A stretch of DNA of 27,820 nt from a virus. Taxonomy: Duplodnaviria; Caudoviricetes. Shown one piece after another: positions 7,562 to 15,854 of the stretch (position 1 is its first letter; every line of letters begins with the position of its first letter). The notes beneath the pieces were generated by a model, which was not told the origin of the DNA, did no database searches, and saw only the letters and a program-made list of their open reading frames with translations. The translations under genes and the position numbers were made by a program. The stretch covers positions 1 to 27,820 of the IMG/VR virus record IMGVR_UViG_3300005512_000262. One strand, 5' to 3'.

Positions 7562-8221
7562 ATGAAAAAGAAAGGAAGGCCAAGCAAGTTCACCAAGGCC
7601 AGGAAAGAAAGAATTGTCAAAGCCATCGAAGCAGGTTGCACTTATGAAATGGCAGCGGATTATGCAGGCATCTCAAGAACCACACTTTGGTCATGGCTTC
7701 GAAAAGGTGAAGACCCAAAAGAAAAGTCATACTGCACATTTTTGAACGCAGTAAAAAAAGCAGAGATTGAAGGCGCGATGGTTCACTTGGGTACAATCAC
7801 CCAAGCCAGTCAGAAAGATTGGAAGGCTAGCGCATGGATGCTGGAACGCAGACATGGATATTCAAAAGACAGACCAACCAGCCAACCAGACCAAGAAGAA
7901 ATCATTGTTTCTGAAAACACATTGGAACTGTTGAGAACTCAGGCAGTAGATTTGAAACGTGGAATGTCTAAAGCTGAAGCATCTGAATCTTGGCAAGCAT
8001 ATGCAGCACTGCAAAGACAACTGCTTCAAGTGGTTGCACAAATCAGACAAGTGGAAGCAGAAGAAGGTCTGCAAGATGAGATGGATGGTTTGACAGATGA
8101 ACAGCTGTTGTCAGAAATCAGCAATGCAATCATTTCTTTGCCACCTATATTGAGACAAAGACTTGAATCTGATATAGGTGATATGGGGAATGTAATACAA
8201 ATAAAAAAGAAAGAGGTATAG
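7562..8221 (+). CDS. terS: Terminase small subunit
   Basis: GRPSKFT N-terminus, HTH (YEMAADYAGISRTTLWSW) and DWKASAWMLERR; upstream of terL. Confidence 0.8.
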   Translation: MKKKGRPSKFTKARKERIVKAIEAGCTYEMAADYAGISRTTLWSWLRKGEDPKEKSYCTFLNAVKKAEIEGAMVHLGTITQASQKDWKASAWMLERRHGYSKDRPTSQPDQEEIIVSENTLELLRTQAVDLKRGMSKAEASESWQAYAALQRQLLQVVAQIRQVEAEEGLQDEMDGLTDEQLLSEISNAIISLPPILRQRLESDIGDMGNVIQIKKKEV

Positions 8222-8222
8222 A

Positions 8223-8852
8223 ATGACAATAGAACTTGTCAATGGTGATTGTCTTCAGTATATGGCCACACTTGAAGACAACAGTTTTGATTTGGCTGTG
8301 GTTGACCCACCTTATGGAATAAAACAACACAAAGGGATTTCATATGGTAAATATGCCAGAGATATACACGTAGAAAAGAATTGGGACAATGACATTCCAT
8401 CTCAAAAGTATTTTGAGGAGTTGGTAAGAGTCTCCAAAAATCAAATCATATGGGGTGGAAACTATTTTTTGGACTATCTTACAAATACTCGATGTATGTT
8501 GGTTTGGGACAAACACAATGGATCAAATCCAATGAGTGATTGTGAGTTGGCATGGACATCATTTTCATCATCAGTACGTAAATTCACATATTCACATATT
8601 GAGGATCACAATCAAGGTATAAAAAGAATCCATCCAACACAAAAACCAATCCAATTGTATCAATGGATATTTGATAAGTATACAAAGAAAGGCATGAAGA
8701 TATTGGACACCCATCTTGGAAGCGGTTCAAGTGCTATTGCAGCACATGACAGTGGGTTGAACTTTGTTGGTATTGAACTGGATGCTGACTATTTCCAAGC
8801 AGCAAAAGAAAGACTGGAAACACACCAACAACAACTGAGGTTATTTACATGA
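8223..8852 (+). CDS. Beta-class N6-adenine/N4-cytosine DNA methyltransferase
   Basis: DPPY catalytic motif precedes HPTQKP and the SAM-binding LDTHLGSGS; GIELD follows. Confidence 0.95.
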   Translation: MTIELVNGDCLQYMATLEDNSFDLAVVDPPYGIKQHKGISYGKYARDIHVEKNWDNDIPSQKYFEELVRVSKNQIIWGGNYFLDYLTNTRCMLVWDKHNGSNPMSDCELAWTSFSSSVRKFTYSHIEDHNQGIKRIHPTQKPIQLYQWIFDKYTKKGMKILDTHLGSGSSAIAAHDSGLNFVGIELDADYFQAAKERLETHQQQLRLFT

Positions 8853-9274
8853 CAATCATTCAAGCAATTGCTTTTGGGCTTCTTGGTGGTGCGTTGGGTA
8901 CAACTGCCATTCATGGCTGGATTAACTCAAAGCGCAACAAACAAGCAGACATCATTGCAAATCAAAATGACACACTGACACAGCTGGCTTCCATCCAGTC
9001 CACACTTGCACTTGGTGAACAGGAGATTGCAAAGCAACTGACTGACACTGATTTATTACAAGTGTCTTGTTCCAAAGAATGGATGAATGACCATGGTGAT
9101 TTGTTGTGTCGTGAAATGTTCTGTAGACTGCAGACACGAGAAGGAGATGGGGCCAGTCAAATAGAATGCAATGAAATCAGCAATATTGAAAACACATTTG
9201 TCATCATTGAACGATGTGAACAGCATGCAATGAGCATTGACAAATGTTTGGAAGTCCTGGAGAAAAGAAAATGA
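8849..9274 (+). CDS. Membrane-anchored coiled-coil protein with six cysteines
   Basis: N-terminal hydrophobic helix, Gln-rich helical region and 6 Cys in the C-terminal half; ATGA-coupled at both ends. Confidence 0.7.
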   Translation: MTIIQAIAFGLLGGALGTTAIHGWINSKRNKQADIIANQNDTLTQLASIQSTLALGEQEIAKQLTDTDLLQVSCSKEWMNDHGDLLCREMFCRLQTREGDGASQIECNEISNIENTFVIIERCEQHAMSIDKCLEVLEKRK

Positions 9275-9564
9275 GGGATTTAATGGAAATATGGCTAGAC
9301 AAGCAAATTGCGAAATCCAACATTTCACATAAAGACTTGGCAGAGAAAACAGGCATTTCACCAACCAGCATTTCAAAGTGGACCAATGGTGTTGTTTATC
9401 CAAAGGTCATTCACTTGGTTGCAATGTGTGAAGTGTTTGCAATGTACCAAGACAGAAATCCCAGACAACTGGTATTTGAAGCATTGATGAACACAGCAGA
9501 AATGAACAACGCACAAAAGCGATGGATGAAAAGAAATGCAAAACGAGAAGCAATTAACAAATGA
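9271..9564 (+). CDS. XRE-family HTH protein
   Basis: NISHKDLAEKTGISPTSISKWTNGVVYP; start at the ATGA overlap. Confidence 0.88.
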   Translation: MRDLMEIWLDKQIAKSNISHKDLAEKTGISPTSISKWTNGVVYPKVIHLVAMCEVFAMYQDRNPRQLVFEALMNTAEMNNAQKRWMKRNAKREAINK

Positions 9565-9608
9565 ATGTCCATGTTGTGGGTGCAATCCTTGCGATTGTCA
9601 TGGGGTGA

Positions 9609-9851
9609 ATGATGAACTTTGGGGAATGGGTGCGAAGACAGGTAACCAGTCAAGGCAAAACAGTTGCATGGTTGGCAAAAGAGATTGGAACAAATCAATC
9701 AGTGGTCAGCCGCTGGAGAACAGGAAGCATACCAAGAACAGAGTATTTCCTGAGGACTTGCACAGTGATTTCGAAGTTATCGCGCAAGCCCGTTTTGCAG
9801 GTCATCCAAGAAGGTGCTTTTTGTATCGGTGTCGTGTTTGATGTCGATTAA
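9609..9851 (+). CDS. XRE-family HTH protein
   Basis: MNFGEWV...KTVAWLAKEIGTNQSVVSRWRTGSIP. Confidence 0.85.
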   Translation: MMNFGEWVRRQVTSQGKTVAWLAKEIGTNQSVVSRWRTGSIPRTEYFLRTCTVISKLSRKPVLQVIQEGAFCIGVVFDVD

Positions 9852-11256
9852 GAATGCAACCAAGAAGATGCGCTCACTGCAGGCCAGAGCGGTTCAAAAC
9901 CCTTTGACCTACTTTTGTCCAACACCACCACAAGAAGCATGGTTGAAAGACACCAGTAAAATCAAACTGTTTCTTGGTGGCAATCAAGTTGGAAAGACAA
10001 CAACTGGATGTGTTGAGCTGTTGCATAGATGTCTTGGAACCCATCCATATCTGAAGACAGACCCACCACCAATTCAAGCATATTTGATAACGCACTCACA
10101 CCAGCAGTCTGTCACCATCCAAGAAAAATTGTATGCACTGACTCCAAAAGGATCGCTGCATCCAGATTGTGAGTTTGTACCTGGTAAGGGCTTCAGAGGA
10201 GTGAACCCAATAGTCAGATTCAACAATGGTTCTATCATATACATAAAAACAGCAAACCAAGGTTTGGGATTGGCCAGTTTTTCGGCTTCGTTTGTGCACG
10301 TGGACGAACCTGTGCCACAAGAGGTCTGGAATGAGGTCGCTGCAAGAACATTGCGCGGTGGGGCAGGTGGTAAAAGTGGAACTATTGCAGTGACCATGAC
10401 CCCAGTGGGATGTGATGTCAGATACATGCAGAAATTGGTGGAAGAAGGTGTCATATCTTGCACCAAAGCACCATTGACAGTTAAAATGACAACTCCAAAG
10501 TTCTGCAAGCCTACAATCACACAGGACACCATCGACCGAATTACGCAGACTTATTTGCCAATAGACAGAAACGCGCGCTTGAACGGTGACTTCGTAATTG
10601 GGATACCTGAAGGCAGAGTCTTTGACTGTTTTGATGAGTCGATGATTTCCAGTATTCCACCACCACCAGCCAACTATGAGATTGCAATTGGCATTGACCA
10701 TGGAAGTCAACCCAACACACAGATTGCATTGTTGTCTGCAGTGAATGCCAGCAATCCGCAAGACCCTTGGGTCTATGTTTTGGATGAATACATTTCTGGT
10801 GCTGCTCCTCCAGAAAGCCATGCCAGGGCAATCTTGGAAATGTGCAGCAGAAACAATGTGCAACCAGCACAATGTCACTGGACTGGTGACAATGTCCACT
10901 TTGGGAGTGGAAAGAATGGAAGTGGTAAAATGTCAAACAGTTTGCTCATGCGCGCCTTTGAAAACATTCTGAGAATGCCCAATTTGCCTTTCAGAATTCG
11001 AACTATCAGAAAGCCAAGATACAGTGTATACTATGGCAGTGCAATGCTGCATTCAATCATGGCCCGAAAACAGTTCTTCATTCATCCAAAGTGCAACCGC
11101 ACTATTCAATCCATTCAGAGATGGACAATGAAAAAGAACCAGTCTGCAAGGTCGCGTGATGAGTGGGGACATTGCGTTGATGCTTTGCGATATTGCGTTA
11201 CTCCAGTTATAGAAAATACAAGATTTACCAACATACCAAGCCATTTGAGGTTCTAA
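9841..11256 (+). CDS. terL: Terminase large subunit
   Basis: PTPPQ Q-motif, Walker A GGNQVGKT, Walker B VHVDE, MTP coupling motif, and nuclease motifs GIDHG and HCVDALRY. Start moved to ATG 9841. Confidence 0.93.
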   Translation: MSIKNATKKMRSLQARAVQNPLTYFCPTPPQEAWLKDTSKIKLFLGGNQVGKTTTGCVELLHRCLGTHPYLKTDPPPIQAYLITHSHQQSVTIQEKLYALTPKGSLHPDCEFVPGKGFRGVNPIVRFNNGSIIYIKTANQGLGLASFSASFVHVDEPVPQEVWNEVAARTLRGGAGGKSGTIAVTMTPVGCDVRYMQKLVEEGVISCTKAPLTVKMTTPKFCKPTITQDTIDRITQTYLPIDRNARLNGDFVIGIPEGRVFDCFDESMISSIPPPPANYEIAIGIDHGSQPNTQIALLSAVNASNPQDPWVYVLDEYISGAAPPESHARAILEMCSRNNVQPAQCHWTGDNVHFGSGKNGSGKMSNSLLMRAFENILRMPNLPFRIRTIRKPRYSVYYGSAMLHSIMARKQFFIHPKCNRTIQSIQRWTMKKNQSARSRDEWGHCVDALRYCVTPVIENTRFTNIPSHLRF

Positions 11257-11257
11257 C

Positions 11258-12715
11258 ATGTACAATGAAAAACCCATGAAACCACTAGCACCCAATCCAG
11301 GAGAGCAAGCACGTTGGGACCACACTGGTCTTCGACGAAGAATGATTCTTGGTGCTTGGGAAGAAGATTTGGAAGAAGAACTTGCAAGACACCTTCCAGC
11401 AGATAGGCGCGAAGCATGGGGTCCAAGTGACATGAGTTCAAACCCATTTGAACAAATCACACGCCAACTGAGTGTCTTGTACCATGAGAACCCAGCAATC
11501 ACAAACATGAATGGTGACATTGATGATATGGTTGGTCGTGAAGGACTGGTCACAAAAGCAGGTCTTTGGCAACTGATGCAGCGCGCACAGCAAATGGTCA
11601 TTGGATTGCGTGAATCCATCATTCGTATTGATGTGAATCCACACACAGAAGACACTCCAGCACGAGTGCCAGGAATCCAATACAGGTTGGTTACTCCAGA
11701 TTTGGTCTTTTGTGAAGCGCATCCAGACCAGCCAGATGTTCCAGTTTACTATCAAGAATACAGATTGCGCAAGACTTCCAGTGGATACCATTGGGTTGCA
11801 GATGTGATGGACATCCGAGATATGAACAATCCAATATTTGGAATGTTTGAAATCAATCAAGATGGTTCACTGGGTGCAGATGTCAGTGAAATGTATATGG
11901 GACATCCAACACACATCGGTGCAGACTACCCATACAGAGACAAGAACAATCAGCCATTCATTCCAGTTGTCATGTACCATGCAGAAAAGACTGGTTATTT
12001 GTGGGACCCGTATTGCGGTTCTCAGATGGTCTATGGTTCTTTGACTTCTGCAGTGCTGTATTCTTTTTGGACTCACTTGGTGAAATCAGCCAGTTGGTCA
12101 CAGAAGTATGTGGCTGGTCTAACGGTGGCCGGACTTAGTCAGATTGACCAGAACAATGTTGCAAGGCGCGCTTCCATATCAACTGACCCTTCCAGCATTC
12201 TTGTCTTCACTCAAGACCCAGATGCACAGGGCCAACCAATGGTGGGTTCATTTGGGATTGCAACAGACCCACATGACTTGCTGGCATCTATTGCCAAATA
12301 TGAAATGCGTGTTGCAATGGCCGCTGGTCTTTCTCCTGCAGAAGTCAGCAGAACCAATGGTGACCCAATGAGCGGTTACGCATTGTCAGTTTCTAAAGCT
12401 GGACAACGCGAAGCACAAAAGAAGTTTGCACCAGTGTTCAGAATGGCAGATGAAGAACTGTTGGCCAAGACTGCAATGCTGGCCAATAGATTTCTTGGAA
12501 CAAATCTTCCAGAAGATGGGTATCGTGTTTCATATCACAGCATGCCATTGACACCAACAGAGATGCAAGCACAGAGAGAAGACATCATTGCAAAGATGCA
12601 GGCTGGTTTGATTTCTCCAGTTACAGCTGTGATGATGATGTATGATGATATGGATGCAAAAGAAGCCAGGGAATACTTATTGCAGATTCGCAGAGAACGC
12701 GCGGAGTTTTTATAA
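11258..12715 (+). CDS. Portal protein
   Basis: 485 aa, immediately after terL; SGYAL motif and a portal-like C-terminus (AGLISPVTA). Confidence 0.8.
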   Translation: MYNEKPMKPLAPNPGEQARWDHTGLRRRMILGAWEEDLEEELARHLPADRREAWGPSDMSSNPFEQITRQLSVLYHENPAITNMNGDIDDMVGREGLVTKAGLWQLMQRAQQMVIGLRESIIRIDVNPHTEDTPARVPGIQYRLVTPDLVFCEAHPDQPDVPVYYQEYRLRKTSSGYHWVADVMDIRDMNNPIFGMFEINQDGSLGADVSEMYMGHPTHIGADYPYRDKNNQPFIPVVMYHAEKTGYLWDPYCGSQMVYGSLTSAVLYSFWTHLVKSASWSQKYVAGLTVAGLSQIDQNNVARRASISTDPSSILVFTQDPDAQGQPMVGSFGIATDPHDLLASIAKYEMRVAMAAGLSPAEVSRTNGDPMSGYALSVSKAGQREAQKKFAPVFRMADEELLAKTAMLANRFLGTNLPEDGYRVSYHSMPLTPTEMQAQREDIIAKMQAGLISPVTAVMMMYDDMDAKEAREYLLQIRRERAEFL

Positions 12716-13050
12716 TGCGACCAATGATTTGCCAGCAATGCAGAGAGGAAATGAACCCACTGCATGCAAAAGTGGAATGGATGTCAAACAAGTTGTTTCT
12801 GTCATTGATGGAAACAATCAGACTTGTGCACCCACATTGTCAATACCAGTTCACCCATCCAAAGACAATGGATATGTTGGACTTGCATGACCACTGGTTG
12901 CCCTTTTGGAGTCTTTCAGAGTTCATGGAAATACCAGATGAACATGACTGGGACAATAAACAAATTGCATTCGAGATTTTCAAAGATTTTATTCACCATC
13001 AACAATTGAGAAGTAAAGAGGTACAAAACAATGAAGACAATCAATCATGA
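12715..13050 (+). CDS. Hypothetical protein, possible Zn ligands
   Basis: CQQC...HPHC; TAATG-coupled to the portal gene. Confidence 0.55.
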   Translation: MRPMICQQCREEMNPLHAKVEWMSNKLFLSLMETIRLVHPHCQYQFTHPKTMDMLDLHDHWLPFWSLSEFMEIPDEHDWDNKQIAFEIFKDFIHHQQLRSKEVQNNEDNQS

Positions 13051-13660
13051 AGGCCAAGACTATGTTCTGAAATCAGACATTGAAAACGCATTCAAAGACA
13101 GGATACAGAAACTGTCTGCGCGCGCAATCACTGCAGAAGAACAAGCAAAAGCATTTCAAGACCAATTGGACAATCAAAGTGGAGAACTGGAAAAGATAAC
13201 CAAGTTGTCTTCACGTGTTCAAGAACTGGAAGGAGAACTGGACAATGCAAACAACAGGTATTCCAGACATACTGCAATGGCTGATTTGGGCATTGTAGAT
13301 TCAGAGGTTCGTGAACTGGTAGAATGGCAATATGAGAAGGCCACCAAAGGAGATGACAAAGCACCTGGATTGAATGAATGGTTGGCTGCCATGAAAGAAG
13401 ACCCAACCAAAGCACCAATAACATTGAGACACCATCTCACTGCAAAAGAACCAAGTGCAGCTGCAGAACAAGTGACCGAACAAGTGACAGAACAAGTTCA
13501 ACCAGACCAACCAGTTCTGATTGCACCCAAGACAAACACTGGTGCAACAGTCGCACCTGTTCAATCCAGTGACATGTTGAAACGTGGTGCAGATGACTTT
13601 GAATTTTACAAGGCCAATCGTGAAGCAATCCGAACTGCATACAGGAAAGGCAAGAAATGA
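13031..13660 (+). CDS. Capsid scaffolding protein
   Basis: Coiled-coil N-terminal half, low-complexity linker with EQVT repeats (13466-13501) and a short basic C-terminal helix; RBS GAGGTAC. Confidence 0.7.
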   Translation: MKTINHEGQDYVLKSDIENAFKDRIQKLSARAITAEEQAKAFQDQLDNQSGELEKITKLSSRVQELEGELDNANNRYSRHTAMADLGIVDSEVRELVEWQYEKATKGDDKAPGLNEWLAAMKEDPTKAPITLRHHLTAKEPSAAAEQVTEQVTEQVQPDQPVLIAPKTNTGATVAPVQSSDMLKRGADDFEFYKANREAIRTAYRKGKK

Positions 13661-13968
13661 GCCAAGATTTTTCAAGAATCAACATATACCCAATCATCAA
13701 GAACTTCAGTGCAGTGCAAACATGGACTGAAGTCGATTTGCCCTCCAAAGGTCGACTGGTCACAGTTGGATGTGAATCAGCAGACATCTATGTTTCTTTG
13801 GAAGCAACAGAAGGAGGTTCAACAGGTACAGTGAACAAACTGTTCATCAAATCTGGTGGATACATGATGATTGATATGGGAAGGGGAACAAACAACCTGT
13901 CCAGCATCCAGATTGCAACAAAGACTTTGGCCAGTGCTGAAGTCACTGTCATTATTGAGGAAAAATGA
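13657..13968 (+). CDS. Small beta-rich protein, possible head decoration protein
   Basis: Alternating beta-strand pattern; located in the head module. Confidence 0.5.
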   Translation: MSQDFSRINIYPIIKNFSAVQTWTEVDLPSKGRLVTVGCESADIYVSLEATEGGSTGTVNKLFIKSGGYMMIDMGRGTNNLSSIQIATKTLASAEVTVIIEEK

Positions 13969-13995
13969 CATAAAATATATAAATGAGGTACAACC

Positions 13996-14211
13996 ATGGC
14001 ACAATCAGTTTTCTTTCCATCGCGACCGGTGGAATATACATTTTCGAACTCTACCCAAGTCACTGTGAATCACAATCTTGGATATATACCAACTGTCCAA
14101 GTTTTGTTGGATGATGGAACAGTTGTCTATGCAGATGTAGAACACACATCAACAAACAGTCTTGTGGTGACTTTCGTAAATGCAAAGACTGGTTCAGTGA
14201 TTATCAGATAA
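13996..14211 (+). CDS. Small beta-domain protein (HNLG motif)
   Basis: VTVNHNLGYIPTVQV; RBS GAGGTAC; similar to the C-terminus of the next protein. Confidence 0.75.
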   Translation: MAQSVFFPSRPVEYTFSNSTQVTVNHNLGYIPTVQVLLDDGTVVYADVEHTSTNSLVVTFVNAKTGSVIIR

Positions 14212-14269
14212 GATACCCACAGTCCATAAAGGACAAACAAACATAAACATTCCACACAGGTGAAATACC

Positions 14270-15649
14270 ATGCAATTTCTTGCACCCACAAATGTATTTG
14301 AAGGCGTTGTTCAACTTAACCAAAACCCGACTTCAGACAATCATGCTGTAACCAAATCCTATCTTGAAGCCAACAGTGTAGTTGGAATCGCTTCTGATTC
14401 TGCAAACTATGCTGAATTGGTAACTGAAGGTGGAGACTTAAAACTAAAGCTTAAGCCATTGACAATCACTGATGTATCTGTTGACACATCTGCTGCTTCT
14501 TTGTCTGCTTGGGTTACTGCTAACTATTCAAATGGCGATGAAAAGCAAGAAGGCGATATAATCGTTTTAACTGCTGTAAGTGGCCGCGCTCAGACTTTCA
14601 TTCACAATGGTGGAACTGCTGGAACAGATGCTGACTTTGCTGAAATCGAAGGTGCTGATGTCACTGATGCTGAAGTTCGAAGTGCTTTGTCTGCTTCTGC
14701 TGGTATTGATTTCAACAGTGCAACTGGTGAGTTCACTGCTGACCAAGGTGAAATCCGCGGTTTCTTCGCTGCTGGTTCTGGCCTTGCATACGATGCTTCC
14801 AATGGAACATACTCTTTGAATGTTGATACTGATGGAATCAGTGAAGGTGCATCCAACTTGTACTTCACAGATGCTCGTGCTCGTTTGGCCATGAGTGTTT
14901 CAGGTGATGGTATCTCATACAACAGTGCAACTGGTGTAATCACTTTGGCTGCTGACACTGATGATGTTGCTGAAGGTTCAAACTTGTACTTCACAGATGC
15001 TCGTGCACGTGGTGCTGTTTCTTTGGGTGCTGTTACAAGTCCTGATGTTCAGTTGCTTCAGTACAACAGTGCAAATGGTGAATTGAAAGTTCAGTTGTCA
15101 GACATATTTGCTGAGTTTTCTGCTGGAACAGGCCTTGCTTGGGATGGTGGCGGACAATTCTCATTGAATGCAGACACTGACAATGTTGCTGAAGGTGCTG
15201 GAAACTTGTACTTCACAGATGCTCGTGCTCGTTTGGCTATGTCTGTCAATACTGATGGACTTGCATACAACAGTGCAACTGGTCAGATTGCTTTAGATGC
15301 AGACACTGATGACATCGCTGAAGGTTCAAACTTGTTCTTCACAGATGCTCGTGCTCGTGCAGCTGTTCAAGCAGACCCAGCCGCTGGAAACTTGGTTCAG
15401 TACAACAACAGCACTGGTGACATCCTTGTTGCTTTGTCTTCTTTCCGCAAGACCTTTGCTCCTCAGAACTTGACTGCAAACACCTTTGCAACATTGAACC
15501 ACCAACTTGGTGAAAAGATTGTTCATGTTTCTTGCTATGACAGCAGTGGAAACTTGATTCAATGTGAAGTTCAATTGGTTGATGCTAACAATGTCAAAAT
15601 CAAATCAGTCATCAATGTGACTGGTGCTGAAATTGTAGTTTCAATGTAA
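14270..15649 (+). CDS. Repetitive virion fibre protein (likely head fibre)
   Basis: HAVTKSY motif, four NL(Y/F)FTDARAR repeats, YNSATG repeats and a C-terminal HQLG domain; lies between scaffold and capsid genes. Confidence 0.7.
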   Translation: MQFLAPTNVFEGVVQLNQNPTSDNHAVTKSYLEANSVVGIASDSANYAELVTEGGDLKLKLKPLTITDVSVDTSAASLSAWVTANYSNGDEKQEGDIIVLTAVSGRAQTFIHNGGTAGTDADFAEIEGADVTDAEVRSALSASAGIDFNSATGEFTADQGEIRGFFAAGSGLAYDASNGTYSLNVDTDGISEGASNLYFTDARARLAMSVSGDGISYNSATGVITLAADTDDVAEGSNLYFTDARARGAVSLGAVTSPDVQLLQYNSANGELKVQLSDIFAEFSAGTGLAWDGGGQFSLNADTDNVAEGAGNLYFTDARARLAMSVNTDGLAYNSATGQIALDADTDDIAEGSNLFFTDARARAAVQADPAAGNLVQYNNSTGDILVALSSFRKTFAPQNLTANTFATLNHQLGEKIVHVSCYDSSGNLIQCEVQLVDANNVKIKSVINVTGAEIVVSM

Positions 15650-15692
15650 TCCGCATTTCCCCACAAAAAAAAGGGTCGTACCTCCTCTTTTT

Positions 15693-15719
15693 CCCCGCTG
15701 TTCCTCAGTGGGGTTTTTT
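15693..15719 (+). terminator. Rho-independent terminator
   Basis: ccccgctg-ttcct-cagtgggg followed by tttttt. Confidence 0.85.
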
Positions 15720-15724
15720 GTTAC

Positions 15725-15753
15725 TTGCCAAAGCCGGTTATATCATATAAAAT
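15725..15753 (+). promoter_or_regulatory. Sigma70-type promoter for the capsid gene
   Basis: TTGCCA, 17 bp spacer, TAAAAT, immediately after the terminator. Confidence 0.7.
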
Positions 15754-15854
15754 ACAGTACACACTTTGTCAGTGGAAGGGTCGCACCCGCAACAGCAGAA
15801 AGTCCACACAAAACCACCCCACAAAACTTTTAACTTCCCTAACAGGTGTTTATC

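Noticed and set aside
7153-7647. 164-aa ORF in the track
   Set aside because: It crosses the C-run and T-tracts, overlaps terS out of frame and has no motif. The 22-aa basic ORF in another frame is more plausible.
9874-12076. Long antisense ORFs over terL and portal (e.g. 10096-10899, 11053-11655)
   Set aside because: They are shadow ORFs expected from the codon bias of the plus-strand genes, with no motifs or RBS.
14855-15354. Repeats as a diversity-generating retroelement TR/VR pair
   Set aside because: No reverse transcriptase is present, all copies are in-frame coding, and there is no adenine-specific divergence.
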